Positions 14,349 to 26,843 are shown, counted from the stretch's first letter. The stretch is 64,000 nucleotides of DNA from Mobula hypostoma (GCF_963921235.1 NC_086112.1:39928001-39992000); one strand, 5' to 3'. Numbers and translations are program-made. Notes: a model not told the origin generated them from the sequence alone.

Positions 14349-14570
14349 ACAAACACGAGAAAGTCTGCAGATGCTGGAAATCCAAGGCAAAGCACACAAT
14401 GTGCTGGAGGAACTCAGCAGGTCAGGCACCATCTCTGAAAATGAAAGTACCAGATTGTCGTTAACTACCATTTCCGATGAAGGATCTCGGCCCGAAACAT
14501 TGCCTGTTTATTCATTTCCATGGATGTCGCCTGACCTGCTGAGTTCCTCCAATACTTGGTGTGTTTTGCC
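14349..14570. mobile_element. Penelope-like terminal repeat, inverted pair
   Basis: gctggaggaactcagcaggtcaggc paired with gcctgacctgctgagttcctcca; degenerate hammerhead at ~14470-14505. Confidence 0.75.
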
Positions 14571-14854
14571 CTTATTTAAGGGGGAGTGCTGGTTTTCTCA
14601 GAATGACAAGAAAATTGATGTGCCAGTAATTGTGGCAGATGATACCTCAAGGCTAACAATGTAAGGCTGACAAAGATGTTCTGTTTAAACACACTTCTGC
14701 TGTTGCAGAAGCAGTGGTAACAGGTAGTCCAAAAGAAAAATCTTGCAGATATTTCAAATTCAATATGTAAAAAAAATAGCATGCTCGAAATGCTCTGACT
14801 GGGCAGTATCTGTGGAAAGAGAAACAAGTTTGTGTTTTTGGGCCAATGTTTCAG

Positions 14855-15180
14855 TAGGGAGTGGCATAGTAGTACAGCATTAGTGCAATGCTTTACGGTG
14901 CCAGCAAACACTAACTGTGGTTCAATTCCCGCCGCTGTCTGTAATGAGTTTGTACATTCTCCCTGTGACCCTGTGGGTTTCTTCCTGATGCTCCAGTTTC
15001 CTCCCACATTCCAGAGATGTAGGGTTAGGGTTAGTGAGTTGTGGGCACACTATGTTGGTGCCAGGATTCTGGTGACACTTGCTCTCAGCACAATTCTTGG
15101 AGTGTGTAGGTCGCTGATGTAAGCAATGCAATTCATTGACTGTTTTAATGTCTATGTAACGAATAAAGCTAATCTTTAAA
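14855..15180 (+). mobile_element. V-SINE-type tRNA-derived SINE
   Basis: B-box ggttcaattcc followed by the V-core gagtttgtacattctccctgtg...tttcctcccaca. Confidence 0.8.
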
Positions 15181-18012
15181 AATCTTGGTTTCTGTCACCA
15201 CTGACACTGACTTGCCATCTGAATATTTTCCATCGTACTGTGTGGATTTTAGTGCTAACTGGTGAGTTCATGTTAACCTCCAGGGTTACCTACTCCAGCT
15301 CCGATAAGTGGTGGAGAAGGAGAGCAGGGAGTTGGGTAATCTGCTGCTTGTTGGAGAAATGAAGGGAGAACTCCAAAGTAGAAGGAGCTGGGGAAGAGGT
15401 TGTTAACGTGCATTCAAGTGGAAGAAAAAGTGATGCTGAGGTGAAACACAATGTAAGACAAGAAGAAAAGCATCTGGAAACTTCACGGGAAAGGGGTATT
15501 TCTGGAGCCTGCAGTTACAGATCTGCATATTGGATCCGGCAGAAAGCTTGGGTATATAGATTTTGAAAATGAATAACTTGCAGAATTCTGGTATGTATGT
15601 TCACAAGTTTACTTGACACCATATTGTGGAAATAAAACAGGACGACCTGAATGTTAGCTTTTTTTATTCTTAATAGTTGGGAGTATTTTTGGAAAAATCT
15701 GACTTGGATAGTTTCACATTGAGTATTTCTATATTAGAAAGACAAGAACAATCAATTAAAAGCCCAGTGTAAAGTTAGTAGAAGGGTATCACTGCAGTAC
15801 ACTGTATACTGCAGTCTAAGGCAATGTGAAACTTTACATGGGAGATTAAATAGGGCGTCTGCCACATACAGATTCACGAGTCAAAATTTTGTATCTGCCA
15901 GATTGCTGGTAACCTTAGAACTCCCATATAAAGTCTGATAGGTACAGCTTGAATTGGTTAAGTAGTGAGAGCTGTCTGGTGACTTCAAGACCAAACAAAG
16001 TACAGGAGTTGTGATACCATCTGTATTTCCCTCTCTGTTTTCTGTAGCTTCCACATTTCAGGACTGCAGTGGAACACGTTAGTCATTGCAGCTTCAATAA
16101 AGTATTCATCAGAGGACAAACACAGTGAGAAAGAAAACCAAAAGCCAGAATTCCAAGAGTTAGCTTGGGCTATGTCTACAGTACCTTGGTGCTACTTTGA
16201 AGGGATCAACATTGTAAGCAGCACAAGAGGTTTGATTTTTACATGAAGAGATCCATTCTTTATGGGGAGAATAGAGATTAGATTGCAGAGTTGATTCCTC
16301 TCAATTCCAAGAAGGTGCAAAGAATGATGCATTAGGCACATCTATTTATTTGAAGGAGACCCACTGAACAAGGTGACTGCTGACAAAAATTAATGTGCGT
16401 CAGTGCTCTTGGTACCTTCATCTTTTTCTTGCAGGGTTCATTTCCTTGTTCTTATTTTTAGAATTAAATGCTCTGTCAGATATAATATACAAGTATAAAC
16501 ATTTACATTGATGTTGTTACTGCTTCAAGGAAGAGTCTCATCGTTCACTGCTCTTTGAACTGAAGTGTTTAAAGAAGCTTGCAAAATTGGTTTAAAGTTG
16601 GCTAATGCAACGTGCCAAGCAGATCCACAGACTGAGAGTTTATTCAACAATCCAGAGCATTGCCCACTGAGAATCTAATGCACAGCAGACATGAACACTT
16701 ACAACCTAGCAGGAAAACATTTGGATTTATGTTGTGATTTAAAAAAAAAGTTCCCCAGAATAGAATTAACATTTCCTTTCCCCATTTTCTCTTCTATTGT
16801 GTATTTGGCAAATAATTCATTAACACAAATATAGTTCTGTATATTAGTGCAGTATGTTAACTTTTTATTCCCATGGATATTTCTGCTTCCTCCTAATTGC
16901 CAATCTCTTACTTTGTTCATCACCTTGCTATAGTTTTTGGTTTGATCAGAATTCCTTAGCAATTGCATCACAGAAATAAGATATTTTATCTGATACATCT
17001 GTGGTGTCCATCCTCAATAATTTGACACTAATCCTAATCATTTATGCTTACCTCTTTCTATTTCCTTTCAGCCACTGTCCTGACCTGTTTCATGAATATT
17101 GACATGGATTGATTCGTATGTTCAGCTTCATAAAACTGGTGTATAGAAATATTTTTCCTACTCTCATACTAAATCCCATTTTGGTGTACCTTGTTCCTTT
17201 CTTATTCACTCGTGGGATATAAACATTGTTGGCTAGGACAGAGTTTAATGCCGATAGCCTCTTGTGCAATAAAGTAAACCTTTCTACTCACCCTGCCCTA
17301 ACTTTGATAACGTTAAGCATCTCCACCAAATCACTTCTTAATGAAAACACCCAGTTTTTCAAAATGTCATTGTTTGTTTCCTCATTTAGGGCATTGTATT
17401 AGTGAATCTGTGTTGAACACTTCAAGGGCTGAATATCTTTGAGGCCATGCTTAATAGAATATTCCAGGTGGAATCTAAGTGAAGTTTTATATTGATTTAT
17501 TGTTTACTTTTTATATCTATATCTCCTGCTATTCACCTCAGTATTGAATTATCCTTTTTGATCCTACCTCTTAAGGAATTAATTTTAATATATTATGAAC
17601 TCTGATTTTCTGCAAGTATTCATTCAGTCATTAGTAGGTACCAATCAGAGCTACCAACTTCCAGAGAATTAATTACCCAGGTTAGTTTATCTGTTTTGAA
17701 ATGAGTGTTATATGGATCATTTCCAGCACTCCTACCTCTATTCCATTCATTCCTCATTATCTGGATGAAAATTGGATTATTAAAAATGCTGCAATTGATG
17801 TGTTTTGTGCAAATACCATCTGTTTACAGGCTGGCTAGTTGTATCACAAATCCACGTAATGTTTTTTTTCTAGAAGCTTACTTCACAAATTTTTGCTTAA
17901 TTCTCCTCCTTCAGTCATAACAACTTAACATCTGCAGATTATCATATGTTATTTACACCTTTGACTTCATCAGAGTTCAAATCTGCCAAGAATAAGAGCT
18001 TGCTTGCTACAA

Positions 18013-18299
18013 GAGCTGCCACAGTGTCATAGTGGTTAGTGAGACATTATAATAGCTTGGTGTGTCAGAGATCGGAGTTTAATTCTGGCATTGCCTCTCA
18101 GGAGTTTGTACCTTCTCTCCATAACCACATGGATTTTTTTCAGGTTCCCCGGTTTCCTCCCATAGTCCAAAGACATACTGGTTAGTAGTTCACTGGTCAT
18201 TGTCTTGTGATTAGGCCAGTGTTAAGTTCAAAGTTGTATATGGGTTGCAGGGTGTGGGTCTTTGGGTCAAAAGGGCCTCTTCTGGGCTGTATCTCTAAA
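18013..18299 (+). mobile_element. HE1/V-SINE-type SINE with CR1-like tail
   Basis: tRNA-like head, V-core ccggtttcctcccatagtccaaagac, tail aagggcct...gctgtatctctaaa. Confidence 0.75.
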
Positions 18300-18301
18300 T
18301 A

Positions 18302-18782
18302 CGAGGGGTGATTGATAAGTGCGTGGCCTAAGGTAGAAGGAGTCAATTTTAGAAAACCTAGCACGTTTATTTTTCCTACGTTTACACACTTAGTCCAGCG
18401 GCTGTGGAGCATACGGATCCCTTCTTTGTAGAAGTTGGCATCTTGGAAGTTGTGCATGTAAGGAGAGCTGTATAACTCATCTCCTTCTTCCTTAGGCCAT
18501 GAACTTATCAATTACCCCTGCTGTGGACCACCTGGAGGTCCAAGACATTCTCGTTACATGCATGTGCAGTTCAACTCTTTGAGTGATAATGCAGAAAGTT
18601 TGAAGTTAATAACTCATCTCCTTCTACCCTAGGCCACGAACTTATGAATCACCCCTGTTGTGGACCACTTCTACAAAGAAGGGATCCGCATGCTCCACAA
18701 CCGCTGGACTAAGTGTGTACATGTAGGAGGGGACTATGTTGAAAAATAAATGTGCTAGGTTTTCTAACAAATGTGCTAGGTT
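18302..18782. mobile_element. Non-autonomous mariner-derived fold-back element
   Basis: TA + CGAGGGG TIR. Both arms encode a mariner transposase C-terminus (FYKEGIRMLHxRWTKCV..G) in opposite orientations. The right TIR is missing at a CR1 junction. Confidence 0.8.
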
Positions 18783-19740
18783 AAGACTATAAGACATGGG
18801 AGCAGAATTAGACCATTTGGCCCATCGAGTCTGCTCCATCATTCAATTGTGGCAGATGCTTTTCTCCCCTCCTCAGCCCCACTCCCCAGCATTCTGTCCG
18901 TAACCTTTGATGCCGTGTTCAATCAAGAACCTATCAAGCTCTGCCTTAAATACACCCTGCGAACTAGCCTCCACAGCTGCCTCTGGTAATAAATTCCACA
19001 AATTCACCACCTTCTGACTCAAGAAATTTCTCCACATCTGTTTTAAATAGACGCCTCTCTATCCTGAGGTTGTGGCCTCTTGTCCTACCATGGGAAACAT
19101 GCTTTTCACATTTACTCTTGTTTAGGTCTTTCAACATTCAAAAGGTTTCAGTGAGATCCCCCCCCCCCATCCTTCTAAATTCCAGCAAGTACAGACCCAG
19201 AGCTATCATATGCTCCTCATAGAATAACCCTTTCATTGCTGGAATCATCCTTGTGAACCCTCTCCAATGCCAGCACATCTTTTCTTCGATGAGGAGCCCA
19301 AAACTGTTCACAGTACTCAAGGTGAGGCCTTACCAATGCCTTATAAAGCCTAATAAATCCTCAGCATCACATCTCTACTCCTGAATTCTAGACCTCTTGA
19401 AATAAATGCTTACATTGCATTTGCCTTTCTCACCACACTCTACCTACAAGTTCACCTTTAGGGTGTTCTGCACATGGACTCCCAAGTCCCTTTGAATCTC
19501 AGATTTTTGGATTTTCTCCCCATTTAGAAAATAGTCTGCACATTTATTTCTACTACCAAATTGCATGACCATGCATCTTCGAACAATGTATTTCATTTGC
19601 CACTCTCTTGCCCATTCTCCTAATCTGTCTTAAGCCCTTCTGCACCCTACTTATTTCCTCAACACTACCTACCCTCCACCAATCCTCATATCATCTGCAA
19701 ACTTGACAACAAAGCCATCATCTAAATTATTGATATGCAG
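18783..19740 (-). mobile_element. CR1 LINE 3' fragment
   Basis: MEQTRWAKWSNSAPMSY 3' [14 protein letters not shown], and FADD near 19690-19705. Confidence 0.85.
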
Positions 19741-19744
19741 ACAG

Positions 19745-20447
19745 GATTATTAGCAGTGTGGATAAACAGAAGAATCTTGGTGTTCATAACTATAGATCCT
19801 TCAGAGTTGCCATGCAAGTTGATAGAATGGTGGTTAGGGAGGAGTATGGTATGATAACCTTCATTAGTTGGGGGATTGAGTTTAAGAGCCATGAGGTATT
19901 ATTCAGCTCTATAAAACTCTGGTTAGACCATGCGGAATGTTGTATTCTGTTCTAGTTGCCCCATTATTGGAAAGATTTGGAAGGTTTAGAGAGAGTGCAG
20001 AGGAGATGATCCTGCTGCCAGGATTAGGGAAAAATGGCTTCTCTCTTGGTGTGAAGGATGATGAAAGGCATCTGGATAGATGTGTGGAAGTTTGAGAGAT
20101 ATAGATAGGGTGGACAGACAGCATCCTTTTCCTAGTCTGGCTGTTGGCAATAATAGAAGATGTCTGTTTAATGTGATTGGAGGAGGATTTAGGGGAGATA
20201 TCAGAAGTTTTTGTTTTACACAGAGTGGTAGGTTCCTTGAATGTAGTGCTGGGGGTGGGCGTGGAGACCAATGCAAAAGGGACATTTTAAGAGACTCTTA
20301 GATAGGCACATGTATGTAAGAAAAAATGGAGGTTTATGGGATGTGTAGGAGGAAAGGGTTAGATTGATCATGCAGTAGGTTTATATAGGCCGGTACAGCA
20401 TTGCGGGCCGAGAGGCCCGTATGTTGTTTTATAGTTCTTAGTTCCGT
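19745..20447 (+). mobile_element. CR1 LINE 3' fragment
   Basis: QKNLGVH...SWGIEFKSHEV motif and CR1 3' hairpin gggccgagaggccc. Confidence 0.8.
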
Positions 20448-20714
20448 GACTCACCAAGAAGAATCAAATAACAAAAATATCATCAGATTCAGTACTCTTA
20501 TTTGCAGGGAAACTTGAAGCGAGACAGGATGTTGATACTTGATTTTCTTCCTATTTGATTAGTAAATATGCAATTGTTTACTGTAAATGCAAAGATGTTA
20601 ACAATATGATCAGGAGAATCTGAATCTATCAAATATTTTGCTCTATTTTATGTGGAGTATTTCCTAATCCCCAGTCCCCATCCCATCATTTGTCTTTTTT
20701 CCACAAATTAAGCC

Positions 20715-21160
20715 ATCTGGTTTGGAGGGGCTTCTGCACAGGATCAGAAGAGGTGCAGTAAGTCGCATCATGGACACCATCCTCCCAGGAATCGAGGACA
20801 ACTTCAAAACATGAAGCCGCAGAAAGTTGGCATCCATTATTAAGGACCTCCATTACCCAGGACATGCCCTCTTCTCATTGTTAGGAGGAAGTACAAGAGC
20901 CTGAAGAGGCACGCTCACCCTTTTAGGAGCAGCTTCTTCCCCTCCGCCATCAGATTTCTGAGTGGACAGTGAACCCATGTACACTGCCTCTCTTCTTTCC
21001 TCTTGCTTTGCTCTCTTTTTGCACAACTTATTTAATTATACAGAACAATGTGTGTATATACAGTATATGTGTGTGTACAATATATAGTTTTTTATTATTT
21101 TGCTGCTACAAAACAATACATTTTACAATGTATGCCAGTGATGTTAAATCTGATTCTTTC
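20715..21160 (+). mobile_element. Rex1/Babar LINE 3' fragment
   Basis: Homologous to 7430-7881. Confidence 0.7.
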
Positions 21161-23513
21161 TTGTTATAAGTTAACTGCTTAGAAATATATTCCTTATGTT
21201 CAATTATTGCTCATTAATATTAAGCAGCTTTAGACTGGATATTGGAATGGGGGCATCGAGAGTGATATAAAAGTACACTTTAATCCTGGACTCTAATATT
21301 AAGTTCGAGGGATGGTGATAGCTGGATGGAGTGTGGAAGGAGGGATAGTTAGCTCATGGAGGGTAAATGCATGGAAAGGTGGGAGGATAAAGTGCAGAAA
21401 GGGACTTGGGTCAAGTGGGGATTGGTAGCCGAGGGAAGCCTTCAAGTCAGTAAGTCTTCAACAAATGATTGAGGCTGCAGAGAGGAGGACTGACAGAAGG
21501 TATGTCCGTTGGGTTGGAATTGAGGTAGAATATATAAATTGTAATAAAATAGGAGCAGAAGTAGGATATCCGGCCCTTTAGGTTTGCTCCACCATCATTC
21601 AAAATCTTGGCTGATCTATCTCAGTGCCACTCTCTAGCACTATCCTCCTACTCCATGAACACAATGACCAAGCTTCCACAAACATTTGTGGTAAAGAATT
21701 TCAATGGTTCATGATCTACTGACTGAAGAAATTTCTCCTGTCAGAGGAAATGTATCCCCTAGAGATAGCTTGCTGAGGCTGTCTAAATATTTTGTATTTT
21801 TGGATGCCCTTCTACAGAATACAGTCCAATTCCACTCGATTTTTCTGCTCTGTCCCTGGAACCAGAACATTAAAAAGTTATGCTGAACTGCTCCTGTGTT
21901 GCCTATACCCACTCTTGATCCCATTAGTAACTGAATCCTGCCATTCATACTTTCTGTGGCTAAAGGTTAAATCATTCTTTTGCAACAAGATTAAACCTGA
22001 GGCAGAGGCTGCATTTGTGATATTTGTATGAACTATCGGTTAATGAGAGAATTTATTGCCTGAAACCAAAGATGAGATTTATTGGTGGGTCTCTTAACTG
22101 AGTTAGAGTTACAGATTTATTATGTGCTCAAAATAGACATTGTTTATACAATATATGGAGAGTTGCTTCCTTAGACAATATGTTCAAAGCTCAAGAAGAA
22201 TGGTTCTGTTGGATAAACAAATATATTGAAGGTTGAAGCACATTTCGAAAAGTAAGTTCCAAAACAGTAACTAGGAGAAGTAGCAAGTTTGAAGAAACTA
22301 TTGAGAACATTTGTCAAATAACTGGTCACTTTTAAGTGGGATCACTTAAAGTTGAATGACGAAACATAGGAAATTAATATTCTGGGTTCATTTATCTCCT
22401 AGGCAGTGCATGTCAATTGTGAATTAAGAGTGAACGAATAGCAAGTTCCATTTTGTACTCAGATGTTTTTGCATTTGATATTTGCATGGCTGCGGATCCA
22501 TATTCAAAAGTAAGTTATTAGTAAGATTGATGATAGTAAAATTAGAAGAATAATTTGTCATTGTTTCCTAGAATGTTAAAGGAGGTTTTGCAGAAGTCTT
22601 AAGTTGTGTCAAGTAAAAGTAAATATTAAATGCCTGAAGTAAGGAGGTCATTGCCCTGGAGTGCTGATCAGTCCATCTGATCTTGTGTGCTAGCTTCTAT
22701 TCGTAACAATTTAGATAAAATTAGTAAGCACTTTGAACCATAGGCCAAAGTAGAAATTGGCAGCAGAAATTGATCTTAAAAATAGTTCTTGCTAATTTAG
22801 TTACAGTACTGGGATTGTTATTACAGTTAATATATACAATCTAGATGCTCAATAATATGCTGTTTAAAAGGATCATTGCAAAAGTTATTAGATAGAAGTA
22901 TTGATGTTGAAGTAACTGCTTCTATTTGAGAGGAGGTAAATAAGATAAACCTACTCTGTGTGTGATGCAAACAATTTGGGCAGTAGTTTCAGAGTGACAA
23001 ATGTTTTAATGAACTGCTCATAGATTCGGAATAGCTCATTGATCTGAGGTGGGTCAAGCAAGTTATTCAATTCTATAAATCTTAGGAAAATCTTTTGAGT
23101 TCTGATGAAGAGTTACCGGTCTGAAAGATTGACCGCTTTACTTTCCACAGATGCGGCTGAATTTGCCTTTATCCAGCATTTTCTGTTTTTAATCATATAA
23201 ATCTTCTGTTCATATGAGTAATGGATTTTAACTCTAAAGTTAAATGTCTGCAGTTTGGGCAACCGGACATTACATTGCTTGTAATACAGGTCGACATTCA
23301 CTAATCCGACTACCTGTAATCCTGTTCCTTCGATAATCCGCACTGATTTCAAATTTTCCGCGCAACTGTAATTTCAAATTTTTCGAGCCGCTGTACCAAT
23401 CTGCTGCGCAATGTGTTTTGGTTGCGCTAGATCTGTTCATGTGTTGGCGCACTCTTGTAAGCACCAGACAGGCGATTCCTGCTTGTTTTCCTGCATTTAT
23501 TGATATTATTTGC

Positions 23514-23679
23514 GTGAGGCGCGGCTGCCCGGCCCCCGCCAGCGGCGGGGGAGTTGGCGCGCGCTGGGTCGGTCTACTTCCTCGCCCGCCTGCGGGCATT
23601 CGCGCACTGCCCTCCGGCATCACCCGGCCGACGCTCCGTTCTCTTCTGCCTACGACCTCAGATCAGACATGGTGACCCA

Positions 23680-23721
<42 letters not shown>

Positions 23722-23747
23722 GAGGATTCCCTCAGTAACTGCGAGTG
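23514..23747 (+). pseudogene. Dispersed rDNA fragment: putative ITS2 3' part (23514-~23652) plus first ~95 nt of 28S rRNA (~23653-23747)
   Basis: CGACCTCAGATCAGAC...TGAATTTAAGCATAT...AGCGGAGGAAAAGAAACTAAC...GATTCCCTCAGTAAC is the conserved LSU 5' end. The upstream block is very GC/CpG-rich. Three CpG-type transitions relative to the recalled vertebrate 28S. Confidence 0.93.
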
Positions 23748-24020
23748 CAGTGTAGTCTTTGGGGTAACTGCAAGTCTGTGTCTTTGCTATTGTTTAGCTC
23801 ATGCTTGAGTGCTGGTAGTGGGTGCGCTTTATTTTTTGCCGGTGGGCAGGGGGGATTGTTGCTCGCTGCCGTGTACGTGGCAGGGGGGTGTAGCTTAGGG
23901 GTTCTAACTGTCGTTCACTCTTTGGGGCACTCCTCTGTTTTTATAGATGTTTGCGAAGAAAAAGCACTTCAGGATGTATATTGTATACATTTCTCTGACA
24001 TTAAATGAACCTTTGAATCC
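23748..24020 (+). mobile_element. 3' end of a retroelement with (ctttgaa)-type tail
   Basis: Aligns to the reverse complement of ~53150-53445. Confidence 0.85.
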
Positions 24021-24860
24021 TTTGCTATTTTAAAGGTATGATGAGGCAGTTAGCTATTGCTTAATGTGTTCTTTCTGTAATTCGGCATTTTCACTAATCC
24101 GGCACTCCTCAGGTCCCAATGGTGCCAGATTATAGAAGGTCGACCTGTACATACAAGCCATACTTGTCAACACTTTGGTAAATCAGACCACTAGGCTGTG
24201 CTCCCACTCTCTGCATACAAACAGAAGCTGAAATGGAAGAATTTAGAACAAATGAGCTTCTACGTTACTGCTTTGAGTCAGTAGACTAGTCTATGGTCAG
24301 AGACTCAGCTGCTGTCTAAGTGTGTGTGTCACTACCATCACAGACTTTATCGGCAGGTGTGTTGGGGACTGTGTAGCAAAGAGGACAATCTGGGTGGTTT
24401 CAGACTGGAAACCATGGATGAACTGGACCATTCACTCTCTTCTGAAGTTTAGAAGCAACCCTCAAATTTTATGTAAGACGTTTATAAGAAATCAAGAGGT
24501 CCAGTTGTCAGCTGTGGCAGGGTTTACATACTATAATGTGCTATGAAATGAAGTTGGGTGGCATTACTGACAACAGCACATCCCTTCCCGATGAGCACAA
24601 CACATTGTATGCATGTTTTGAGCAGAAGGGAATGGATATGTCGCAACACATCCTGACAGCCTCCATTGCACCTGAATCTACAGTCACCATCACAGACATA
24701 AGATTAGTCATCTGGAAGTGGTGTCGCTGGTCATGTCCTTGGATCCTGTGTGGATCAGCTGGCAGGAGTGTCTGCAGACATTTTTAACCTCTGCCTACTT
24801 CAGGCTGTGGTTCCCTCCTGATTTAAGAAAACCACTATCATCCCAGTACCCAAGAAGAAC

Positions 24861-25486
24861 AAGATTAGGTCATGAAGACACGCAGTCCTCTTTTATTGTC
24901 ATTTAGTAATGCATGCATTAAGAAATGATACAATATTTCCTCCGGTGTGATATCACAAAACACAGGACAGACCAAGACTGAAAAAAACTAACAAAACCAC
25001 ATAATTATAACATATAGTTACAACAGTGCAACAATACCATAACTTGATGAAGAAGTCCATGAGCACGGTAAAAGTTCAAAGTCTCTCAGATGTCCCACAT
25101 CTCACGCCAACGGGAGAAGGAAGAAAAACTCTCCCTGCCATACCCGACCACGGTCCGACTCTGAATCATCTGAAAACTTCAAGCGCTGATCAGCTCGCCG
25201 ACACTGAGTACTGAGCGCCACCTCTATCCGAACGATTCGACCTCCATCTCGGTCGCCAACAGCAGGCAAAGCCGGGGATTTTGAGGCCTTCCCTCCGAAA
25301 GATTCCCGACCGCGCAGTAACGACAGCAGCGAACGAGCTTTTCAGAAATTTTTCCAGATATTCCTCTGTGCTTTCACGTCCATCTCCATCAAATCAGAAT
25401 TGTCCAGGGCGCCTATTTAACGGATACGATATCATTTTTCACCGGAGGGCTGCGCACGCGCGGCGTGCTGCTCTCTCTCCTCCCGC
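24861..25486 (-). mobile_element. Young CpG-rich non-autonomous retroelement nested in Rex1
   Basis: Interrupts the PVPKKNK|..CL RT region; AATAAAA and aatctt-type tail on the minus strand; GC-rich 5' end. Confidence 0.6.
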
Positions 25487-26107
25487 TGACATGCCTTACT
25501 ACCATTCAATGGCGCTTACATTTACCATCATGAAATTCTTCGAGAGGCTGGACATAGCCACTCCAGCTTTCCATCAGCCATCTACCCTACCCTCTGTACA
25601 CTTGTGACTTCATGAACAAATTATGCTGGAACTATATTTACAAATTTGCAGATGATACCACTGTAATGGCCTGCATTTCAAATGGTGATGAGCCGGAATG
25701 CAGGAAGAAGATAGAGAGGTTAGAGATGTGGTTTCATGACAACAATCTTTCCCTCAATTCTTCAAAACAAAAAAGCTGGTCATTGATTTCAGGAATGGTG
25801 GGGTGGGGAGATGGAGGGTGGTGATCCTGACTATGTCAGCGTGTTGAGGCTGAGAGCTTCACCTGTCCTGGTTTAAACATTTTGATGTCACGGCCAGCAA
25901 AGCTCACCAACGTCTCTATTTCCTCAGGAGGCTAAAGAAATACAGTATGACCCCATCAACTCTTACCAGTTTTTGTTGATGCACCATAGAGCATTCTGTC
26001 TGGATGCATTGTAGCTGGTATGAAGATTGTTCTATGTGTGACTGCAAGACACTGCAGAGGTGTAGATACAGCTCAGCACATCATAGGAACCAACTTCCTC
26101 TCTATGC

Positions 26108-26843
26108 TAACACGAGGAAATCTGCAGATGCTGGAACTTCAAGCAACACACATAAAAGTTGCTGGTGAACGCAGCAGGTCAGGCAGCATCTCTAGGAAGA
26201 GGTACAGTCGACTTTCAAGCCGAGACCCTTCGTCAGGACTAACTGAAAGAAGAGTTAGTAAGAGATTTGAAAGTAGGAGGGGGAGAGGGAGATCCGAAAT
26301 GATAGGAGAAGACAGGAGGGGGAGGAATGGAGCCAAGAGCTGGACAATTTATTTGGCAAAAGGGAGAGGAAAGGGATATGCAGGTTGTTGGAGGAACAAC
26401 ACCTTATATTCCGTCAGCCTCCAACCTGATGGCATGAACATTGACTTCTCTAACTTCTGCTGATGCCCCACCTCCCCCTCGTACCCCATCTGTTATTTAT
26501 TTATTTACTTACATACACACTTCCTTTTTCTCGCTCTGTCCCTCTCACTATATCCCTTGCCCATCCTCTGGGCCTCCCCCCCTCCCCCTTTTCTTTCTCC
26601 CTAGGCCTCCCGTCCCATGATCCTCTCATATCCCTTTTGCCAACCACCTGTCCAGCTCTTGGCTCCATCCCTCCCCCTCCTGTCTTCTCCTATCATTTTG
26701 GATCTCCCCCTCCCACTTTCAAATCTCTTACTAGCTCTTCTTTCAGTTAGTCCTGACGAAGGGTCTCTGCCCGCAACGTCAACTGGACCTCTTCCTATAG
26801 ATGCTGCCTGGCCTGCTGTGTTCACCAGCAACTTTGATGCGTG
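26108..26843 (+). mobile_element. Penelope-like element: truncated 3' end with inverted terminal repeat
   Basis: 13-bp TSD ttcctctctatgc (26095-26107, 26844-26856); ~220-bp inverted arms; centre encodes the GIY-YIG C-terminus LEEQHLIFR..SLQPDGMNIDFSNFC*. Confidence 0.9.

Larger units (their letters stand above)
23287..24147. mobile_element. Tc1/mariner-superfamily (pogo/Tigger-like) MITE carrying an internal insert
   Basis: TA flanks (23285-23286, 24148-24149); imperfect ~27-bp TIRs caggtcgacattcactaatccg / cagattatagaaggtcgacctg. Confidence 0.85.

Noticed and set aside
23653-23747. Functional 28S rRNA gene or contamination
   Set aside because: Only ~95 nt long, shows CpG decay, lacks 18S and 5.8S, and is embedded in host repeats.
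23270-23808. GC-rich ORFs or CpG-island promoter
   Set aside because: Explained by the ITS2-like/28S insert; the ORFs are incidental.
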